The translations under genes and the position numbers were made by a program. The notes below the pieces were generated by a model. The model was not told where the DNA came from and made no database searches. It was given only the letters and a program-made list of their open reading frames with translations. A stretch of DNA of 64,000 nt, taken from the NCBI RefSeq assembly GCF_009914755.1, contig NC_060946.1. One strand, 5' to 3'. Below, piece after piece: positions 48,318 through 64,000 of the stretch. Numbering within the stretch: position 1 is the first letter of the stretch; the number at the start of each line of letters is the position of its first letter. This stretch comes from the human T2T-CHM13v2.0 reference genome, Homo sapiens.

Positions 48318-48454
48318 GTAATGTTTAGAAATCAGGAAGTGTGACTCTTCCAACTTTGTTCTTTTTCAAGATTATTTTGTTATTCTGAGTCATTTGCAAT
48401 TACATGTGAAATTTAGAATCAGCTAGTCACTTTCTACAAAAAAGCCAACTGAGA

Positions 48455-53787
<5,333 letters not shown>

Positions 53788-54250
53788 GGGAAAGCATCCA
53801 GTCTTTTCTGCATTAAGTATGTTAGCTGTAGGTTTTTCATAGATGCCCTTTATCACTTGAGGGAGCTCCCTTCTATTGCTACTTCATGTGTGTTTTTGTC
53901 ATGAAATAATGTTAGAGGTTGTCAAATGCTTTTTCTGCATCTATAGAGATGATTGTGTAGTTTTTATAATTTATGCTATTGATATTATGTGTTGTATAAA
54001 TTGATGTTTGGATGCTTAGCAAACTTGGCATTCTGTGACATAACCCACTTGGTCATGCTGTATATGTTGTTGGGTTCTAGCCCTTTATTTATTTATTTAT
54101 TTATTTATTTTTTGAGACAGAGTCTCGCTCTTTCACCTCCGCCTCCTGCTTCAGCTTCCTGAGTAGCTGGGATTACAGGCGCCCACCACCATGCCCAGTC
54201 TAGCCCATTTTAAAATTGGGTAGTCTTCTAATTATGAGTTGTAATATTTA

Positions 54251-54719
<469 letters not shown>

Positions 54720-55790
54720 TTATCATTTTTTTTTTCTGTTATGGATAATTTTTTTGTTGTCATGTCTAAGAACTTTGACTAACCCAAGATCACAAAAATG
54801 TTCTGCTGTGTTTTCTTCTAGAGATGTTATAGTTGCTGTACTTAAGTATATGTCTGTGATTCATTTTTAGCTCATTTTTCTGTATATTTTGAGATAACAA
54901 TGTAAATTCATCCTTCTGCATTTTGATACCCAACTGTCTCAGAAGGATTTGTTGAAAAAACTATTTTCCTTATCAAATTGCTTTGACACTTTGTCAAAAA
55001 TCAATTGACCATAAATGTAAGGGTTTATTTCTGGACTCTTGATATTGTCCCATTGATCTATGTCTAGCTTTTCACCAGTACCACATAGAGCTTTATAGTA
55101 AGGTTCGAATTTGGATTGTGTACATTTCCCCAACTGTTCTTCATCCAATTTTTTTTTGGCCCACCTCAGCCTCCCAAAGTGCTGGGATTTTAGGCGTGAG
55201 CCACTGTGTCCGGCCCATTCTTTTACTTTCAATCTAGCTATGTCATTACATTTACAATGAACTGCCTTTTACACAGTATATATTTGGATAATTTTTTTTT
55301 TTTTTTGAGACGGAGTCTCGCTCTGTTGCCCAGGATGGAATGCAGTGGCACCATCTTGGCTCACTGCAACCCAGGTTCACGCCATTCTCCTGCCTCAGCC
55401 TCCTGAGTAGCTGGGACTACAGGCGCCCGCCACCACACCCGGCTAATTTTTTGTATTTTTAGTAGAGATGGGGTTTCACCATGTTAGCCAGGATGGTCTC
55501 GATCTCCTGACCTCGTGATCCGCCCACCTCGGCCTCCCAAAGTGCTGGGATTACAGGTGTGAGCCACCACCTCCGGCCATATTTGGATAATTTTTTATCC
55601 AGTCATTCAGTATCTGTCTTTTAATTGGTATATTTAGACCACTTACATTTAAAGTAATTATTGATGTGGTCAGGCTCAAGTCTGCCAGTCTATTATGTGT
55701 TTTTTTGTTTTATCCCTCTGTTTATCATTATGTTTCTTTTTACTTGCCTTTGTGTGGATTATTTAAACATTTTTTAGAGTTCCAATTTGA

Positions 55791-57715
55791 GCTCTCCCTC
55801 TCCCTCTCCCTCTCCCTCTCCCTCTCCCTCTCTGTCTCCCTCTCTCTCCACGGTCTCCTTCCACGGTCTCCCTCTGATGCCGAGCCAAAGCTGGACGGTA
55901 CTGCTGCCATCTCGGCTCACTGCAACCTCCCTGCCTGATTCTCCTGCCTCAGCCTGCGAGTGCCTGCGATTGCAGGCGCGCGCCGCCACGCCTGACTGGT
56001 TTTCGTTTTTTTTTTGGTGGAGACGGGGTTTTGCTGTGTTGGCCGGGCTGGTCTCCAGCTCCTAACCACCAGCCTCGGCCTCCCGAGGTGCCGGGATTGC
56101 AGACGGAGTCTCGTTCACTCAGTGCTCAATGGTGCCCAGGCTGGAGTGCAGTGGCGTGATCTCGGCTCGCTACAACCTCCACCTCCCAGCCGCCTGCCTT
56201 GGCCCCCCAAAGTGCCGAGATTGCAGCCTCTGCCCAGCCGCCACCCCGTCTGGGAAGTGAGGAGCGTCTCTGCCTGGCCCCCCATCGTCTGGGATATGAG
56301 GAGCCTCTCTGCCTGGCTGCCCAGTCTGGAAAGTGAGGAGCGTCTCTGCCCGGCCGCCATCCCATCTAGGAAGTGAGGAGCGCCTCTTCCCCGCCGCCAT
56401 CCCATCTAGGAAGTGAGGAGCGTCTCTGCCCGGCCGCCCATCGTCTGAGATGTGGAGAGCACCTCTGCCCCGCCGCCCTGTCTGGGATGTGAGGAGCGCC
56501 TCTGCTGGGCCGCAACCCTGTCTGGGAGGTGAGGAGCGTCTCTGCCCGGCCGCCCCGTCTGAGAAGTGAGGAAACCCTCTGCCTGGCAACCGCCCCGTCT
56601 GAGAAGTGAGGAGCCCCTCCGTCCGGCAGCCACCCCGTCTGGGAAGTGAGGAGCGTCTCCGCCCGGCAGCCACCCCGTCCGGGAGGGAGGTGGGGGGGGG
56701 TCAGCCCCCCGCCCGGCCAGCCGCCCCGTCCGGGAGGTGAGGGGCTCCTCTGCCCGGCCGCCCCTACTGGGAAGTGAGGAGCCCCTCTGCCCGGCCAGCC
56801 GCCCCGTCCGGGAGGGGGGAGGGGGGGCCAGCCCCCTGCCCGGCCAGCCGCCCCGTCCGGGAGGGAGGTGGTGGGGGTCAGCCCCCCGCCCGGCCGGCCG
56901 CCCCGTCCGGGAGGTGAGGGGCGCCTCTGCCCGGCCGCCCCTACTGGGAAGTGAGGAGCCCCTCTGCCCGGCCAGCCGCCCCGTCCGGGAGGGAGGTGGG
57001 GGGGTCAGCCCCCCGCCCGGCCAGCCGCCCAGTCCGGGAGGGAGGTGGGGGGTCAGCCCCCCACTGGGCCAGCCGCCCCGTCCGGGAGGGAGGTGGGGGG
57101 ATCAGCCCCCCGCCTGGCCAGCCGCCCCGTCCGGGAGGTGAGGGGCGCCTCTGCCCGGCCGCCCCTACTGGGAAGTGAGGACCCCTCTGCCCGGCCAGCC
57201 GCCCCGTCCGGGAGGGAGGTGGGGGGGGTCAGCCCCCCGCCCGGCCAGCCGCCCCGTCCGGGAGGGAGGTGGGGGGGTCAGCCCCCCGCCCGGCCAGCCG
57301 CCCCATCCGGGAGGTGAGGGGCGCTTCTGCCCGGCCGCCCCTACTGGGAAGTGAGGAGCCCCTCTGCCCGGCCACGACCCCGTCTGGGAGGTGAGCCCAG
57401 CGGCTCACTGGGGATGGGCCATGATGACAATGGCGGTTTTGTGGAATAGAAAGGCGGGAAGGGTGGGGAAAAAATTGAGAAATCGGATGGTTGCCGGGTC
57501 TGTGTGGATAGAAGTAGACATGGGAGACTTTTCATTTTGTTCTGTACTAAGAAAAATTCTTCTGCCTTGGGATCCTGTTGATCTGTGACCTTATCCCCAA
57601 CCCTGTGCTCTCTGAAACATGTGCTGTGTCCACTCAGGGTTAAATGGATTAAGGGCGGTGCAAGATGTGCTTTGTTAAACAGATGCTTGAAGGCAAAAAA
57701 AAAAAAAAAAAAAAA
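55791..57715 (+). mobile_element. SVA retrotransposon (young, D/E/F-type), 5'-complete with 3'-truncated SINE-R
   Basis: (CCCTCT)n head, antisense Alu-like region, GC-rich VNTR (~56225-57390), SINE-R, poly(A); TSD AGAGTTCCAATTTGA at 55776-55790 and 57716-57730. Confidence 0.95.
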
Positions 57716-57784
57716 AGAGTTCCAATTTGATCTATTTCATTGGTGCAAAAGCAATGCTGGTTTTTGCCATTGGTTTTGGTTTTA

Positions 57785-58159
<375 letters not shown>

Positions 58160-58971
58160 CTAATATTTATAATGTTTTTTGAGTGTATTGCATTGTATAG
58201 TTGCTTAGTGATTGTTCTAGGCATTACCATATATTTATATAATTCATCATAGCCTACTGGTATCAAAGTTCCAATCTGAGTGAAGTGTAGAAACCGTACT
58301 TCCCAATTAGGTCTCTTAATGCTCCCATTTTTTAAGTATAATTGCCTTAAGTATTTCCTCTACATACATTGTGCACCACATCAGAAGGGTATGATAGCTT
58401 TTGCTTCGGTGATAAAATATAATTAAAAATCACCAACTGGCCGGACGCGGTGGCTCACACCTGTAATCCCAGCACTTTGGGAGGCCGAGGGGGATGGATC
58501 ACGAGGTCAGGAGATCGAGACCATCCTGGCCAACATGGTGAAACTCCATCTCTACTAAAAATACAAAAATTAGCTGGGCGCGGTGGTGCATGCCTGTAAT
58601 CCCAGCTACTCGGGAGGCTGAGGCAGGAGAATCACTTGAACAAGGGAGTCAGAGGTTGCAGTGAGCCGAGATCACGCCACTGCACTCCAGCTTGATGACA
58701 GAGTGAGACTCCATCTCAAAAAAAAAAAAAAAAAAAATCATGAACTGAAGGATAGTTTACTTCTATTTTTACCCACTCCATTGTACTTTCCTTTTTAGAA
58801 GCCCTAACCTTCTTCTTAGTTTCTTTCTTATTGGAGAACTTCCTTTAGCCATTCCTTAATGCCAGGTCTTCTGTTAAAAAATTATCTTGGTTCTTATTTA
58901 ACTGAGAATGATTTTATTTTTTTCCATTATTCCTGAAGGATAATTTCACTGGCTATAAAATTTGGGGCTGA

Positions 58972-59379
<408 letters not shown>

Positions 59380-59879
59380 TGATCCACCCGCCTCAGCCTC
59401 CCAAAGTGCTGGGATTACAGGCGTGAGCCACCACGCCCAGCCGGTCTTTGGTTTTCAAAAGTTTAATTATGATGTATCTTGATGTGGATTTCTTTGAGTT
59501 TATCCTATTTGAGGTTTATTCAGCTTTTTGTATGTATCTGTTTATGTCTCTTGCCAGACTGGGAAGTTTTCAACCACTATTACTTCGAATACTATTTTAG
59601 TTCCATGCTTTTTGTCCTCCATTCGGGCAATCCAACGATACAAACGTTATTTCCTTTGTTATTATCCAACAGATCCATAACGCTATTCAATTTTTTTTCA
59701 GTCTTTTTTACCCTCTGTTGTTTAGATTGACTAAATTCTATTGATCTGTCTTCAGGTTCACTAATGATATTCTCTGTCATCTCAGCTCCACTATTGTGTT
59801 TATCAAGCAAGGTTTTTATTTTGGTTATTGTATTTTTTTCAATCTATAAATTCTATCTGGCTCTTTTTTTTTTTTTTAA

Positions 59880-60032
<153 letters not shown>

Positions 60033-60035
60033 TAA

Positions 60036-61212
<1,177 letters not shown>

Positions 61213-62114
61213 TTGTCGAAGCATTTTTATAATGGCTACTTTAAAAACTTTGTCCAATAATTCCTACGCATAATTCATCTTTATATTGGCATTTGTTGAT
61301 TATCTTTTCTCATTCAGATTATAATTTCTCTTTTTCTTTTTATAATGGATTTTTTTTGTTGTTATTGTAGTCTGGACATCTTGGTTATGTTAGGAAACTC
61401 TTTTTTTATTTTTTTATAGACAAGGTTTGACCCGGATGGTTTTGAACTCCTGGCCTCAAGGGATGCTCCCACCTTGGCCTCCCAAAGTGCCGGGTTTACA
61501 GATCTGAGCCACTGCATCAGGCTGGGAAACTCTTGATCCTGTTGAAATCTTGTATTTTAGCAGACAGTCACTCTGTTTAGGTGTAAGTTCTGGCCTACTA
61601 TTATGGGCTTTAGTTCTAATGACAGCCTAGTTTTCTGAGCCCTCGCAATGCTACCCTGATCTGCTTCATTCTTCTGGTGATGCTGAGGCTCCCGCTCAAG
61701 CCCTGTTGGTGCCATATGCAGGGGAAGAGGTGCTGTCCTGTGTCAGCTGCTGAGGACCTTCTGGTGGGGTGGGGACAGACAGAAGCCACTGGGCCTGGCT
61801 TTCCCTGTGCTACTGGGTGGAGAGCAAGGAAACAAGGGAATTTGCTGCTGTTGCCACTGCAGTTGGATGGGACCACATGTCAGTGCCTGGTTGTGGAATG
61901 GAGGCTGCCATGGCCCAAGCTTCACTGCTGCCAGCAAATCAGGTTGCCCAGGGGGCCCCAGCTGTGGAGTGGGGATCAACCCACTTTTTTTTTTGAGATG
62001 AAGTCTGGTTCCGTCGCCCAGGCTGGAATGCAGTGGTGCCATCTTGGCTCACTCCTTACAGGCATGAGTCACCTTGCCCGGCCTCAACTCCCTTTTACAA
62101 GTACATACATTAAC

Positions 62115-64000
<1,886 letters not shown>

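Noticed and set aside
56014-57588. Pro/Gly/Arg-rich ORFs and CRISPR-like periodicity
   Set aside because: SVA VNTR; the repeats are tandem with no unique spacers.

Overview
Human genomic DNA, very likely chr22q12.2. Positions 1-~8955 (+) are the lncRNA gene TUG1; the window opens inside its first exon. The remaining ~55 kb is very Alu/LTR/L1-rich and includes a 5'-truncated young L1 (40349-41934) and a young SVA (55791-57715), both with 15-bp target-site duplications (TSDs). Two things emerge from manual translation that the ORF track does not explain. (1) The TUG1 body carries degenerate motifs of a near-complete Ty3/Gypsy (Sushi/PEG10-RTL1-like, chromodomain-bearing) retrotransposon, in the correct order on the + strand: Gag capsid, zinc knuckle, protease, RT, RNase H, integrase, chromodomain. 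Later L2/MIR/hAT insertions split it. (2) The non-repetitive islands between the repeats contain a chain of ~24 minus-strand exon-like segments (17449-63577) with splice sites, including a 9-nt microexon. Its 3' part splices into ~207 codons with only one stop, suggesting a decayed multi-exon protein-coding gene convergent with TUG1. All homology statements are by eye against remembered consensus motifs, and repeat subfamily names are approximate. No database search was run, so novelty is unverified.
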